From: Candidatus Palauibacter soopunensis
GTDB taxonomy: Bacteria > Gemmatimonadota > Gemmatimonadetes > Palauibacterales > Palauibacteraceae
Assembly: GCF_947581735.1 (NCBI RefSeq)
Contig: NZ_CANPVT010000002.1
Coordinates: 522,144 to 586,143 of the forward strand
Reading direction: 5' to 3'
Length of the DNA stretch: 64,000 nt
Position numbers and translations under genes: made by a program. Shown here in pieces: positions 9,667 through 18,882 of the stretch (positions are counted from its first letter, which is position 1; the number at the start of each line of letters is the position of its first letter). The notes under the pieces are model-generated. The model was not told where the DNA came from, did no database searches, and saw only the letters and a program-made list of their open reading frames with translations.

Positions 9667-10431
9667 ATGCGTCTGCACGGCAAGCGTGCTCTGGTAACCG
9701 GCGGCTCTCGGAGCATCGGTCGGGCGATCGCCCTCGGACTGGCCCGCGAGGGCGCGGATGTGGCGGTCAACTACCGGCGGAGTCGCGAGGATGCCGAGAG
9801 CGCCGTCCGTGAGATCGAGGCGATGGGGCGCCGCGCGGCCGCGGTGCAGGGCTCGACGGACTCCCGTTCAGACGTCGAGCGTTTTGTCGCGGAGGCCCAC
9901 GACGTCCTGGGCGGCCTCGATATCCTCGTGAACAACGCCGGGATCCTGAGGCGCACCCCGTTCCTCGAGATCGGCGAGGAGGAATGGGACGCCATTCAGG
10001 GCGTCAACCTGAAGGGGTACTTCCTGGTGGGTCAGGCGGTGGCGCGCCGCATGGTCGAGGCGGGAGCGGCGGGGGCGGTCGTCAACGTGTCTTCCGCCGG
10101 ACAGGCGGTGGCCGCGCCGAACCTCACGCACTACTGCGTGTCGAAGGCGGGGGTCGAGATGCTCACGAAGCAGATGGCGCTCGAACTCGCGCCGCAGGGG
10201 ATCCGGGTGAACGCCGTCGCGCCGGGCCTGATCGAGACCGACCTGAACCGCGCCGACATCGCGCGGGACGACTTCCGCGAGGGACGCCTCGCCCGCATCC
10301 CGCTCGGGAAGATCGGCGTTCCAGACGATGTGGTGGGAGCCGTCGTCTACCTCGCGTCGAACGAGGAGGCGCGACTCGTGACGGGTGCCAGCCTGTTCAT
10401 CGACGCTGGCCAGACGATCTGGGGTGCCTAG
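9667..10431 (+). CDS. SDR family NAD(P)-dependent oxidoreductase
   Basis: Starts at M29 of ORF 9583..10431 (MRLHGKRALVTGGSRSIGRAIA). Rossmann TGxxxxIG and YxxxK (YCVSK) catalytic motifs. Confidence 0.85.
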   Translation: MRLHGKRALVTGGSRSIGRAIALGLAREGADVAVNYRRSREDAESAVREIEAMGRRAAAVQGSTDSRSDVERFVAEAHDVLGGLDILVNNAGILRRTPFLEIGEEEWDAIQGVNLKGYFLVGQAVARRMVEAGAAGAVVNVSSAGQAVAAPNLTHYCVSKAGVEMLTKQMALELAPQGIRVNAVAPGLIETDLNRADIARDDFREGRLARIPLGKIGVPDDVVGAVVYLASNEEARLVTGASLFIDAGQTIWGA

Positions 10432-10434
10432 GTC

Positions 10435-10905
10435 GTGGACACGCGAGTCCATGTAGACAGGGCGGGCGGCTTCGTCATGGCCCTGCCGGTTTCGGACGCG
10501 TTCCCGCTGTTCAGCGCGGAGGGTGAGCGGCGGTGGGTCGCAGGGTGGGATCCGCGCTACTTGTCTCCGAACGGGCCCCACGCGAGGGAAGGTCTGGTGT
10601 TCCAGACCATCAAGGAAGGCGTGGGAACGGCGACATGGGTCCAGACAAGGCATGCGCCCGCCGCGGGCGTCGCTTCGTTCGTGTACATAGTTCCCGACCA
10701 CCACACCGCCATGGTGGACGTTCGTGTGACTCCCGACAGTGACAACCGAAGCCGGGCGTCTGTGAAGTATCGAATGACGTCGCTTTCGTCCGACGCGGAC
10801 GATTTCGTGCGAGCGTTCGGCGAAGCCTTTGAGGACTTTATGGCCCAGTGGGCTCAGGCCATCCAGCGACACATCGTGGAAGGTGCCGCACTTACTCGGG
10901 AGTGA
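10435..10905 (+). CDS. hypothetical protein, possible SRPBCC/Bet v1-like fold
   Basis: 156 aa ORF with GTG start 4 nt after the SDR stop. No strong family motif. The start could instead be the ATG at 10477. Confidence 0.4.
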   Translation: MDTRVHVDRAGGFVMALPVSDAFPLFSAEGERRWVAGWDPRYLSPNGPHAREGLVFQTIKEGVGTATWVQTRHAPAAGVASFVYIVPDHHTAMVDVRVTPDSDNRSRASVKYRMTSLSSDADDFVRAFGEAFEDFMAQWAQAIQRHIVEGAALTRE

Positions 10906-10939
10906 AGGCGAGGACCTGAACCCTCGGCGCCGGAAGGGG

Positions 10940-11944
10940 GTGGGCCTCGGGCTGGCGGTAGCGGCGACGCTACTCGTGGCGTCCTGCAGTGGCCCTGTGC
11001 CCCGCGACTCCGAACCGCCTACCTGGGAGGTACGCTTTTCCCACGTGCTGTCGACCGGCTCCGAGTTCCATCTCATGGCGGAGCGGTTCCGGGATCTCAT
11101 GCTCGAGCGCACGGATGGACGGTTCCGGGTCGTCATCTATCCGTCGGGACAGCTCGGGGGCGAGCGCGTCGCCTTCGAGCAGATCCAGGTGGGCGCGGTC
11201 CACATGGCGATTACGGGTACCCCCGTGCTCTCGGGCTGGGTGCCCGAGACGCAGGTCTTCGATCTCCCCTTCCTGTTCGAGACCCGGGACCACGGGCTCG
11301 CGGCGATGAACGGCCCGGCGGGAGACTGGTGGCGCGACCTCCTCCTTGAGCGCACGGGCGTCCGCTCGCTGGGCTTTCTCGACTACGGGTTCCGCCACGT
11401 CTACAATCGGCGCCGGCCCATCGAGGCGCCCGAGGATCTCGCCGGCCTCAAGCTCAGGGTCCTCCAGAACGCGACGTACCTGGCGGCCTATTCCGCGCTC
11501 GGCGTCCAGGCGACGCCGATGAACTACGGCGAGGTCTACTCCGCGCTGCAGCAGGGCGTGATCGACGGCGGGGAGGCGAACGCGATCGGTTTCGTGAGCA
11601 GCCGGCTCCACGAGGTGGCGAAGTTCTACAGCTTCACCTCCATCACGTACAACCCCATCACGCTTCTCGTGAACGAGCCGTTCTATCGGGGGCTCCCTGC
11701 GGAGATCCGGGAGATCGTCGACGGTTCCGCGGCCGAGGCGCTCGCCTACCAGAGCGAAGTCGCGCGCCGGATGGAGGCGGACGCCATCGTGGAGATGCGC
11801 GCGGCCGGCGTGGAGATCTCGCGTCCGAACCTGGCGCCGTTCGCCCCGGCCGTCAGACCGCGGATATGGGACGAACTGGCGAATCGGCTGCCGGACGGCG
11901 AAGCGCTGATCGCAAGGTTGGTGGCTTCGACGGAGCGCCGATGA
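10940..11944 (+). CDS. dctP: TRAP transporter substrate-binding protein (DctP family), probable lipoprotein
   Basis: DctP-family body (FRVVIYPSGQLGGE...QNATYLAAYSALG...EVAKFYSF). Start taken at in-frame GTG (residue 38 of track ORF 10829) after aaggggg, giving MGLGLAVAATLLVASC. The track ORF start at 10829 is a TTG overlapping the upstream gene, so the true start is uncertain. Confidence 0.8.
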   Translation: MGLGLAVAATLLVASCSGPVPRDSEPPTWEVRFSHVLSTGSEFHLMAERFRDLMLERTDGRFRVVIYPSGQLGGERVAFEQIQVGAVHMAITGTPVLSGWVPETQVFDLPFLFETRDHGLAAMNGPAGDWWRDLLLERTGVRSLGFLDYGFRHVYNRRRPIEAPEDLAGLKLRVLQNATYLAAYSALGVQATPMNYGEVYSALQQGVIDGGEANAIGFVSSRLHEVAKFYSFTSITYNPITLLVNEPFYRGLPAEIREIVDGSAAEALAYQSEVARRMEADAIVEMRAAGVEISRPNLAPFAPAVRPRIWDELANRLPDGEALIARLVASTERR

Positions 11945-12462
11945 CGAAGCGGCTGCAGGTGTTCAACGGGCTCCTGGTGAGGCTTGAAACCTACGCCGTC
12001 GGCATTCTTGTGATCGCGGTCTGCGACGTGGTTCTCCTCCAAGTGTTGATGCGCTACCTCTTCGCCTGGCCGAATCCGTGGAGCGAGGAGGTGTCGCGCT
12101 TCTGCTTCATCTGGATGTCGCTGCTCGGGGCTTCGCTGGCGGTGGCGCATCGGTCCCACTTCCGGTTCGACCAGGTCACGGGGCGGCTGCCTCCGCGCGC
12201 GAAGAAGGCGGTGGAGACGTCCGCGGCAGCGATCGTGCTGATGTTCGCGCTCCTCCTCATCGGCGCGGGCATCGCCCTCATGGACCTCACGATGGGAGAG
12301 CGTTCCGCCGCGTTGAACCTGCCCGTTGCGCTCGTGTATGCGGCGGCGCCCGTGTCCGGCGTGTTGATGGCGATCCACATGCTCGCGGGTCCGACGGTCG
12401 CCGATTCGGACCGGCGGCTCGCGCCGGGGGTTGAGGATCTTCCAGCCGAGGGCGGCGGCTGA
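11941..12462 (+). CDS. dctQ: TRAP transporter small permease (DctQ)
   Basis: ATG at M26 of ORF 11866..12462 overlaps the dctP stop (ATGA). Four TM helices typical of DctQ. Confidence 0.8.
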   Translation: MTKRLQVFNGLLVRLETYAVGILVIAVCDVVLLQVLMRYLFAWPNPWSEEVSRFCFIWMSLLGASLAVAHRSHFRFDQVTGRLPPRAKKAVETSAAAIVLMFALLLIGAGIALMDLTMGERSAALNLPVALVYAAAPVSGVLMAIHMLAGPTVADSDRRLAPGVEDLPAEGGG

Positions 12463-13736
12463 TGGGCGGACTCCTCCTCGGGGCTTTCGGCCTCCTCGTG
12501 CTGGCCGCCGTGCCCATCGGATTCGCGCTCGCAATCGCCGCCATCATCGCCATCGTGGTGGCGGATCTCCCACTCGTCGTCATCCCGCAGCAGATCGTCG
12601 CGGGGATGGACTCGTTCCCCATGCTCGCCGTGCCCCTGTTCATCCTCGCCGGCTACCTGATGGATGTCGGAGGGATCAGCCGTCGCCTGGTGACGCTGGC
12701 CCGCGCCCTCGTCGGCCACCTGCCGGGAGGGCTCGGGCAGGTGGTCGTCATGGCGGAGGTGTTCTTCTCGGGCGTGTCGGGTTCGACGTCCGCGGATGCG
12801 GCCGCCGTCGGCGGCATCATGGTGCCCCAACTGACCGCGAACGGGTACGGCCGGGCGCGTGCCACGGCGATCGTCTCGGCCGCGTGCGGGATGGGGATCC
12901 TCATTCCGCCCGCCATCGTGATGGTCGTCTACGGCGTCATCGGCAACGTCTCCATAGGCGCCCTGTTCATCGCCTCGATCGTGCCCGCGCTCCTCATCGC
13001 CGCGGGCCTGATGGCGCAGATCGGGTGGCAGGCGCGGAGGGAAGGGTGGCCCCGCGGGGAGTGCGCCTCGTTCGCGGAACTCCGCCGCGCGATGATCGAC
13101 GCGGTGCTCCCGCTCTTCATGATCGTCGTCATCCTGGGGGGCATCCGCTTCGGCCTCTTCACCCCCACGGAGGCCGCGGCGGTCGCCGTCGCCTATGCGC
13201 TGCTCCTGGCGGGATTCGTGTACCGATCGCTCACCCTGGCGGATCTTTGGAGCAAGGTCGTCCAGACCGCCGTGGTGTCCGGAATGGTGCTGTTCGTCGT
13301 GGGCGCCGCGCACCTTCTGGGCTGGGTCCTCGCCGTCCTGCAGCTGCCGCAGACGCTGGCGTCATCGGTGGTGGGGCTGGGCGGCGGCCAGATCGGCTTC
13401 ATGCTCCTCACGATTCTCGTCTTCCTTCCGCTCGGCGCCATCCTCGAGGGCGTGCCCGCGGTCGTCCTGCTGACGCCGATCCTTCTGCCGCTGGCGACGC
13501 AACTCGGGATCGACCCCGTGCACTTCGGCGCCGTCATCGTGGCGACGCAGGGGATTTCCGTGTTCCTGCCGCCCGTCGGCGTGAGCCTGCTCGTCGCCTG
13601 CTCCGTGGGAGGTGTCGAGCCGGCGGAGGTCGCGCGCCCGCTCTGGCCCTACCTCGCCCTCATGCTGGCGCTCACGGTCGCCATCGCGCTCCTGCCCGGC
13701 GTCGTCCTGTTCCTGCCGGAACTGCTCGGGTATTGA
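12462..13736 (+). CDS. dctM: TRAP transporter large permease (DctM)
   Basis: 424 aa polytopic protein. ATG overlaps the dctQ stop. DctM-family blocks such as FFSGVSGSTSADAAAVGGIMVPQL. Confidence 0.9.
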   Translation: MGGLLLGAFGLLVLAAVPIGFALAIAAIIAIVVADLPLVVIPQQIVAGMDSFPMLAVPLFILAGYLMDVGGISRRLVTLARALVGHLPGGLGQVVVMAEVFFSGVSGSTSADAAAVGGIMVPQLTANGYGRARATAIVSAACGMGILIPPAIVMVVYGVIGNVSIGALFIASIVPALLIAAGLMAQIGWQARREGWPRGECASFAELRRAMIDAVLPLFMIVVILGGIRFGLFTPTEAAAVAVAYALLLAGFVYRSLTLADLWSKVVQTAVVSGMVLFVVGAAHLLGWVLAVLQLPQTLASSVVGLGGGQIGFMLLTILVFLPLGAILEGVPAVVLLTPILLPLATQLGIDPVHFGAVIVATQGISVFLPPVGVSLLVACSVGGVEPAEVARPLWPYLALMLALTVAIALLPGVVLFLPELLGY

Positions 13737-13789
13737 AGGGTCTGAGGCATGCATCGTTTCGTGAACGACATGACCCCTGGGACCGCACG

Positions 13790-14335
13790 ATGGAGACACG
13801 GGAGTTCGAGATCAGAACGGAGCGGTTGCTGCTGCGGCCGCACCGCCTGGAAGACGTCGACGACATCTTCGAGTTCGCCCGCGACCCGGAGTGGGCCCGA
13901 TACCTGCCGGTGCCGGTGCCATACCTCAGGGAACACGCGGAGGAGTTCGTGGCGCAGCGGATCCTCACGTCCCGGGAGGAGTGGCCGGTGTGGGCGATCG
14001 TCCTGGCAGGGAAGGTTATCGGCGGCATCGGAATCAGGATCGACGTCGAGCATGCGACGGGCGCACTGGGCTACTCGATTGCGAAGGAGCATTGGGGCCG
14101 AGGCCTGACCGTGGAGGCGGCCCGCGCCGTCGTCGACTGGGCGTTCCGCGAGCGCGGGCTCGCGAAGGTGTACGCGTACGCCGATGTGCGGAACACGTCG
14201 TCCCTGAGGGTGATGGAAAAGCTGGGCATGACCCGCGAGGGCATGTTGCGCGGCCACCGGACGCTGCGGGAGGAGCGGGTCGACGACGTGTACTACGGAC
14301 TCCTCAGGGAAGAGTGGGGGAGGGACGAAGGCTGA
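13790..14335 (+). CDS. GNAT family N-acetyltransferase (RimJ/RimL-like)
   Basis: In-frame ATG inside long track ORF 12431..14335. METREFEIRTERLLLRPHRLEDVDDIFEF...YSIAKEHWGRGLTVEAARAVVDWAF matches the RimL-type acetyltransferase pattern. Confidence 0.8.
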   Translation: METREFEIRTERLLLRPHRLEDVDDIFEFARDPEWARYLPVPVPYLREHAEEFVAQRILTSREEWPVWAIVLAGKVIGGIGIRIDVEHATGALGYSIAKEHWGRGLTVEAARAVVDWAFRERGLAKVYAYADVRNTSSLRVMEKLGMTREGMLRGHRTLREERVDDVYYGLLREEWGRDEG

Positions 14336-14344
14336 GTCGGTCCG

Positions 14345-15079
14345 TCAGTACTTGATGTCGGTTCGGCCGACCGTCATCCCGATGTTGCCGACCCGCCGCC
14401 CCATCGTGTAGTGCTCGCCACTCCCGGCGGTCATCCCGAAGAAGTCCACGGCCGGCACGATCAGGCGGCCGGCGTCGTCGACCGCGCCCTCGATGGCGGT
14501 CGTCGCCACGACCTCCGCGAGGAACACCTTCCGCTCGGGCGGCACCTCGAGGGAGTCGAAGATCCGGCACTCGCAGTGGATGGGGGACTCCTCCACGGTG
14601 GGCGCATCGACGACGGTCGCCGCGCCGCGCGTCAGACCCGAGAGCTCGAACTTGTCGGCCACGCGGCCGGAGTTCATGTCGACGGTGTCGAACGCCTCCA
14701 CCATCGACGCGAGCGGGACGTTCAGCACGAACTCGTCGTGCATGTCCAGGAGTTCCCTCGCCTGATGCTCTAGGGCTGCGCTCACCCCGATCTGGGGCGG
14801 GTCGCCGCTCACGACGAACGTCCACAGCACCGAGATCTCGTCCGGGTCGCCGGGCCGGCCGTTCACGGTGAGCAGAATCGCCGGGACGGGCGGGAGCATC
14901 GGGCCCGGCTCCGCAAGCAACCGGCGAGCCCCGGTGAGCGGCGCCGGCGGCCTACCCCCGCCCACCGGCATCCCTTCGTCGGGTGCACATCCCCAAACAG
15001 CGGCAACCGCGGCGGCCGCCGAGCCACTCCCCAGAAACCGCCTCCGCGACCAGCCGTGCGTTGCTGACATCGTCTTCAC
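14345..15079 (-). CDS. flavin reductase-like (FMN-binding split-barrel) domain protein with Tat signal
   Basis: 244 aa. SRRRFLGSGSAAAAVAAV twin-arginine signal. C-terminal region resembles the flavin reductase/HpaC-like domain. Last gene of the minus-strand operon running from 18745. Confidence 0.65.
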   Translation of the reverse strand: MKTMSATHGWSRRRFLGSGSAAAAVAAVWGCAPDEGMPVGGGRPPAPLTGARRLLAEPGPMLPPVPAILLTVNGRPGDPDEISVLWTFVVSGDPPQIGVSAALEHQARELLDMHDEFVLNVPLASMVEAFDTVDMNSGRVADKFELSGLTRGAATVVDAPTVEESPIHCECRIFDSLEVPPERKVFLAEVVATTAIEGAVDDAGRLIVPAVDFFGMTAGSGEHYTMGRRVGNIGMTVGRTDIKY

Positions 15080-15115
15080 CGCCTCCTCGCGGATGACTCG
15101 CCGTTCGACCCGACA

Positions 15116-16255
15116 TCAATAGATGCCGGGGATGATCCGATATTTGACCCGTGCTTGATACTCGGCCCACTTCTCGGGGCCGTATTTTTCGGCGCAGAAC
15201 TTGTCGTCGAAGCGCTGTCGAAAAATGAACAGTCCGACGATGAAGACGAAGTAGGTCCAGGCCCAGGGGTTGGCGAAGTAGCCGAACACGAGGGCGATGG
15301 AGAGGGAGAAGAGGCCCTCGCCGAGATAGTTGAAGTGGCGGGCGACGCCCCACAGGCCGCTGCACAGGATCTTGCGGTCGCCGGCCTCGATGTACTCGGG
15401 CTCGATGAGACCGAGGAACTTGCGCTCGGGCCAGCGCTTGAAGGTGTACTTCTGCATGTTGGCGCCGCGCGTGATGCCCCATGCGACGAGGAACAGCGCG
15501 GGTGCGCCGATCAACCACACCTGTCTCCAGGGCGCCGCGAAGCCGGGGGCCGGGTACACGGCCAGGCCCCACAGCGGCAGGATGTAGAGCCACCCGTACA
15601 CCATGATCCCGCCCCAGATCATCTTGAAGCCGAGCTTCTCGTGGATCACATCGTACGTGTAGAGCTGGACGCGCTCGAAGATGAAGTAGTCGAAGACGTA
15701 GAACGTGAGGAACCCCGCGTAGAGGAAGACGCCGGGGTTGGAGTCCGCGCCGAAGAGCCCGTAGTGGTACGCGGCTCCGGAGAGGGCGTTCAGCGACAGC
15801 ATGGTCCCGCCGACGACGTACAGGAACATCTTCACGTCGAAGCGTTCGTTGAAGAACGAAAGCTCGAGGACGCGCCCTTCCCAGAGGGCGGCGAGCGGGC
15901 GCTCCACCTTGTCGCGCGACCCTCCGAACACCGCGAGGAGGGCGAAGACCAGGCACATGACCGTGCCGCCGGCCACCTGGTAGACGGTGGACCGGTAGAA
16001 CCAGTCTCGCGGCATCCCGGTGAGTTCGAGCGCCCACACGACCTCGGCGAGCACGAACACCGGCAGACCGTTCAGTCGGTAGCCGCGGGGCTCGCCGGTC
16101 TCCGGGTTGATGACGTAACCCGGGACCCGCCTTCCAGGCAGAATGAGTTGCAGCACGAAGAACGCGGCGCAGATCGCGAGCGGGGCGAGGAAGCCGGCAA
16201 GCGCTTCGGTCCCGGAAAGCGCGAACAGATGGCCGATGCCAAGCCATTCAATCAT
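15116..16255 (-). CDS. ERG4/ERG24 sterol-reductase family membrane protein (7-dehydrocholesterol/delta14-sterol reductase-like)
   Basis: 379 aa polytopic protein with the family signature CSGLWGVARHFNYLGEGL and C-terminal KYGPEKWAEYQARVKYRIIPGIY. Start ATG overlaps the upstream stop (TGATG). Confidence 0.8.
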   Translation of the reverse strand: MIEWLGIGHLFALSGTEALAGFLAPLAICAAFFVLQLILPGRRVPGYVINPETGEPRGYRLNGLPVFVLAEVVWALELTGMPRDWFYRSTVYQVAGGTVMCLVFALLAVFGGSRDKVERPLAALWEGRVLELSFFNERFDVKMFLYVVGGTMLSLNALSGAAYHYGLFGADSNPGVFLYAGFLTFYVFDYFIFERVQLYTYDVIHEKLGFKMIWGGIMVYGWLYILPLWGLAVYPAPGFAAPWRQVWLIGAPALFLVAWGITRGANMQKYTFKRWPERKFLGLIEPEYIEAGDRKILCSGLWGVARHFNYLGEGLFSLSIALVFGYFANPWAWTYFVFIVGLFIFRQRFDDKFCAEKYGPEKWAEYQARVKYRIIPGIY

Positions 16256-16599
16256 CAGAAAAGATCCTCCCCGGGGAACGCCGATGCCTGCCGGAGCCAG
16301 TCTGCCAGGAGATCCTCGTCCGGCTCGTCGTCCTCGTAGATGTGGAAGTAGCGCACCTGCTCGTGCTTCGATTCCACCGGCGGCGCGGGACGCAGCGAGG
16401 CGCCGTTGAGGAACGTCACCTTGACGTACCGCGTGAAGCAGTGGAACGAGAGGAACCAGCCCCTGTCTTCGATGCCGTAGAAGGGCGAGTTCCAGCGGAC
16501 CGCCCTGCGGACATCAGGCACGTTACGCTCGATGAGCGCGTCGAGGTGGCGGCCGACCTCCCGTTTCCAACCCGGCATGGCCGTGATGTACGCCTGCAC
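16255..16599 (-). CDS. DUF1801 (YdhG-like) domain protein
   Basis: Real gene is the C-terminal 114 codons of track ORF 16255..17322. GTG start preceded by aaggggga gives VQAYITAMPGWKREVGRHLDALIERNVPDVRRAVRWNSPFYG, typical DUF1801. Stop overlaps the ERG4-like start by 1 nt. Confidence 0.6.
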   Translation of the reverse strand: MQAYITAMPGWKREVGRHLDALIERNVPDVRRAVRWNSPFYGIEDRGWFLSFHCFTRYVKVTFLNGASLRPAPPVESKHEQVRYFHIYEDDEPDEDLLADWLRQASAFPGEDLF

Positions 16600-16667
16600 G
16601 GGCGCATCTCCATCCCCCTTCGGAATCTGGGGATTGCCGCCGGAGAGGAGTTTCGCGACCAGGCCCG

Positions 16668-18128
16668 CTATCCCTCCGTCCGCGCGAACCGCAGGTTCCT
16701 GACCCGCCCGGCGTCGACGATCAGCGCCTCGTGCCGGCCGCCGACGAGTTCGGAGAAGCGGAGGGTCGGCCCGTCCTCGGTCGTGAGTTGCCTCTCCGAT
16801 TCGGCCACGAGGGCGACCGGGTCCCGCCGGCCGACGTGCAGCATGAGCCCGGCAGCGCCGTCCTCCACGATCCGATACGTGGCGTCCAACTCGGGACTGT
16901 AGAAGGATCCGGCGTAACGCGCGCGGTTCGGAATGTCGTGGTCGGGCAGAGCCTCGGGAGCGTCCTCGTCTGCGGCCTGCATCTCCTCCTCTCCCTCCGC
17001 GACGTCCTCGGGCGGATCCATCGCGTCTTCCAGGTAGATTTCGGCCGTGCTCGCGATGAGGGCCATGGGATCGATCCGCGACCGGTTGCACAGGGCGACG
17101 AACGAGTAGCCGGCGTCGGGATAGCGGGACATGCCCGTGCGGTAGCCCACCCACGAGCCACTGTGCCGCACCGTGGCCAGCCCCCGGTGTTCGCCGTGGG
17201 AGAGACCGAAGGCGTACGGAATCGTGTCGCCGGAGGTGAGCACGCCCCGCTCGTGCATGAGCGCGACCCACTCCGGTCCGCCGACCGTACCCTCGGTGAG
17301 GTTGCGGTCCCAGGCGGGCCACTCCTCCACCGAAGTGTAGATGCCGCCGTCCCCGACCACGTCGAGCGTCGTCATGTTGATCCGGAAGCCGTCATCGGTG
17401 GGGGAATAACCGGTCGCCCGGTCGGCGACGACTTCGTTGTGGTCGTCGTGGAAGTGCGTGCGCGGCATGCCCAGAGGATCGAAGAACTCGGCCCGCGCGA
17501 ACTCCCGCAGGCTCTGCCCCGAAACCTTGGCCACGATCTCGGCGAGCAGGACGTAGCCGGAGTTGCTGTACAGGTACTCGGAGCCCGGAGGAAAGTTTAG
17601 TTCGCGCTGCCGGTGGATCGCATCGAGGATGTCCTGATTCGTGATGAAGTCCTCGCTCCGGTTCCCCGCCAGGGTGAAGAGCACGAGGTAGTCGCGCACG
17701 CCGGACGTGTGGTGGATCAGGTGTCGGACGGTGGGAGAGTCGGCGTAGTCGGGGAATTCGGGGATGTAGCGCCGGACGGGAGCATCCAGATCCACCTCTC
17801 CCCGGAGGGCGAGCAGGGCGACCGCGCCGGCCGTGAACTGCTTCGAGACGGACGCGATGCGGTAGATGGTCTCCGGGCCGTTCGGGATGCCGTGGTCGAG
17901 GTTGGCGGTGCCGTAGCCGGCGGCGTGGATCGGGCGGCCGTCCCGGATCACGGCCATGGAGCAGCCGGGCCCGTCGGCGCTGGCGTAGTCGGCGAAGACG
18001 GCGTCGACTTGGGCCTGCAGCTCGCCGTCGGCCCCCGGGGCGCAGCCTGTGAGCGCGCCGACCAGGATCGCGGCCACGGCGGCCGTCCCGGCCGGATGAC
18101 GGTCGGGGCGCCGCGGGTGCGCGGTCAG
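16668..18128 (-). CDS. beta-lactamase-family serine hydrolase, lipoprotein
   Basis: Beta-lactamase fold with SVSKQF (SxxK) and YSNSGY motifs. Probable CTG start (residue 277 of ORF 16668..18956) after gaggggg gives the lipoprotein signal LTAHPRRPDRHPAGTAAVAAILVGALTGC and overlaps the upstream stop as CTGA. An alternative GTG start lies at 18077. Confidence 0.75.
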   Translation of the reverse strand: MTAHPRRPDRHPAGTAAVAAILVGALTGCAPGADGELQAQVDAVFADYASADGPGCSMAVIRDGRPIHAAGYGTANLDHGIPNGPETIYRIASVSKQFTAGAVALLALRGEVDLDAPVRRYIPEFPDYADSPTVRHLIHHTSGVRDYLVLFTLAGNRSEDFITNQDILDAIHRQRELNFPPGSEYLYSNSGYVLLAEIVAKVSGQSLREFARAEFFDPLGMPRTHFHDDHNEVVADRATGYSPTDDGFRINMTTLDVVGDGGIYTSVEEWPAWDRNLTEGTVGGPEWVALMHERGVLTSGDTIPYAFGLSHGEHRGLATVRHSGSWVGYRTGMSRYPDAGYSFVALCNRSRIDPMALIASTAEIYLEDAMDPPEDVAEGEEEMQAADEDAPEALPDHDIPNRARYAGSFYSPELDATYRIVEDGAAGLMLHVGRRDPVALVAESERQLTTEDGPTLRFSELVGGRHEALIVDAGRVRNLRFARTEG

Positions 18129-18745
18129 GATCGCCCCCTCGGCCAGAGGCTGAACGGTTCGCGCGCGAACACCCGGCGGACCATCGGCTCGAAGAACTCG
18201 AGCGGGAGCGAGTCGTAGTCGGGGTCGAAGGCGCACTGGTCCCAGCGGTGGCAGAAGTCCACCGCGTCCTGGTACCAGGGGTGGTCGCGGTATCGGTCGC
18301 GCACGTTGCGGTCGCGGCCCAGGTGGTGGGCGTAGTAGACGAGCTGGAACAGGCCGTGGTGCCGGACGATCCAGTGCGTGCGCTCGGTCACGAAGGGGCG
18401 GAGCAGCAGGGCGGCCAGTTCGCCGTGGCTGTGCGGGGCCAGCAGATCGTCGATGTCGTGCAGGAGCGCCGCCACGACCATCTCCTCTTCCGCGCCGTCG
18501 CGATGGGCGCGGGTCGCGCTCTGCAGTGAATGTTCGAGCCGGTCGACGTGGTAGCCGCCAACGGAGCCTGACAGCTCGCGGAGGTGCGCCAGCACGCGGT
18601 CGGCGGTATCGGCGGCGAACTCGTCCTCGAGGCGCGCGAGCAGTTCGTAGTCCTCGCGGGTGCCGTCCTCCATGCGCGTGAAACTCACGACGGGGCCGCT
18701 CGGCCCTCTGCCGGCTCCTGCGCTCGTCCCGGCCGTACGGGGCAT
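18125..18745 (-). CDS. HD-domain oxygenase-like protein (PhnZ/TmpB-like mixed-valent diiron oxygenase family)
   Basis: About 206 aa from M26 of ORF 18125..18820 (RBS ggagag). HD motif LLHDIDDLL plus an additional His cluster (HWIVRHHGLFQLVYYAHHLG). Size and motif spacing match the small HD oxygenases rather than phosphohydrolases. Confidence 0.65.
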   Translation of the reverse strand: MPRTAGTSAGAGRGPSGPVVSFTRMEDGTREDYELLARLEDEFAADTADRVLAHLRELSGSVGGYHVDRLEHSLQSATRAHRDGAEEEMVVAALLHDIDDLLAPHSHGELAALLLRPFVTERTHWIVRHHGLFQLVYYAHHLGRDRNVRDRYRDHPWYQDAVDFCHRWDQCAFDPDYDSLPLEFFEPMVRRVFAREPFSLWPRGRS

Positions 18746-18882
18746 GCCGGTCACTCTCCGCTGAGGGTTGGATCGGGGGTTCCTCGCCGCAGCGTCGGCA
18801 GAAGCGAAGGGCATTGTCAAGATCGCTCGGGCGTCCGTAGCGTTCGCTGCAGGCCGGTGACCACGGACTGGGAGGATCGACC

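Noticed and set aside
16255-17322. 355-aa track ORF on the minus strand spanning the DUF1801 gene and the 3' end of the hydrolase gene
   Set aside because: Only the last 114 codons are gene-like. Upstream of that it runs antisense or out of frame through the beta-lactamase-family gene with Arg/Gly/Pro-rich composition
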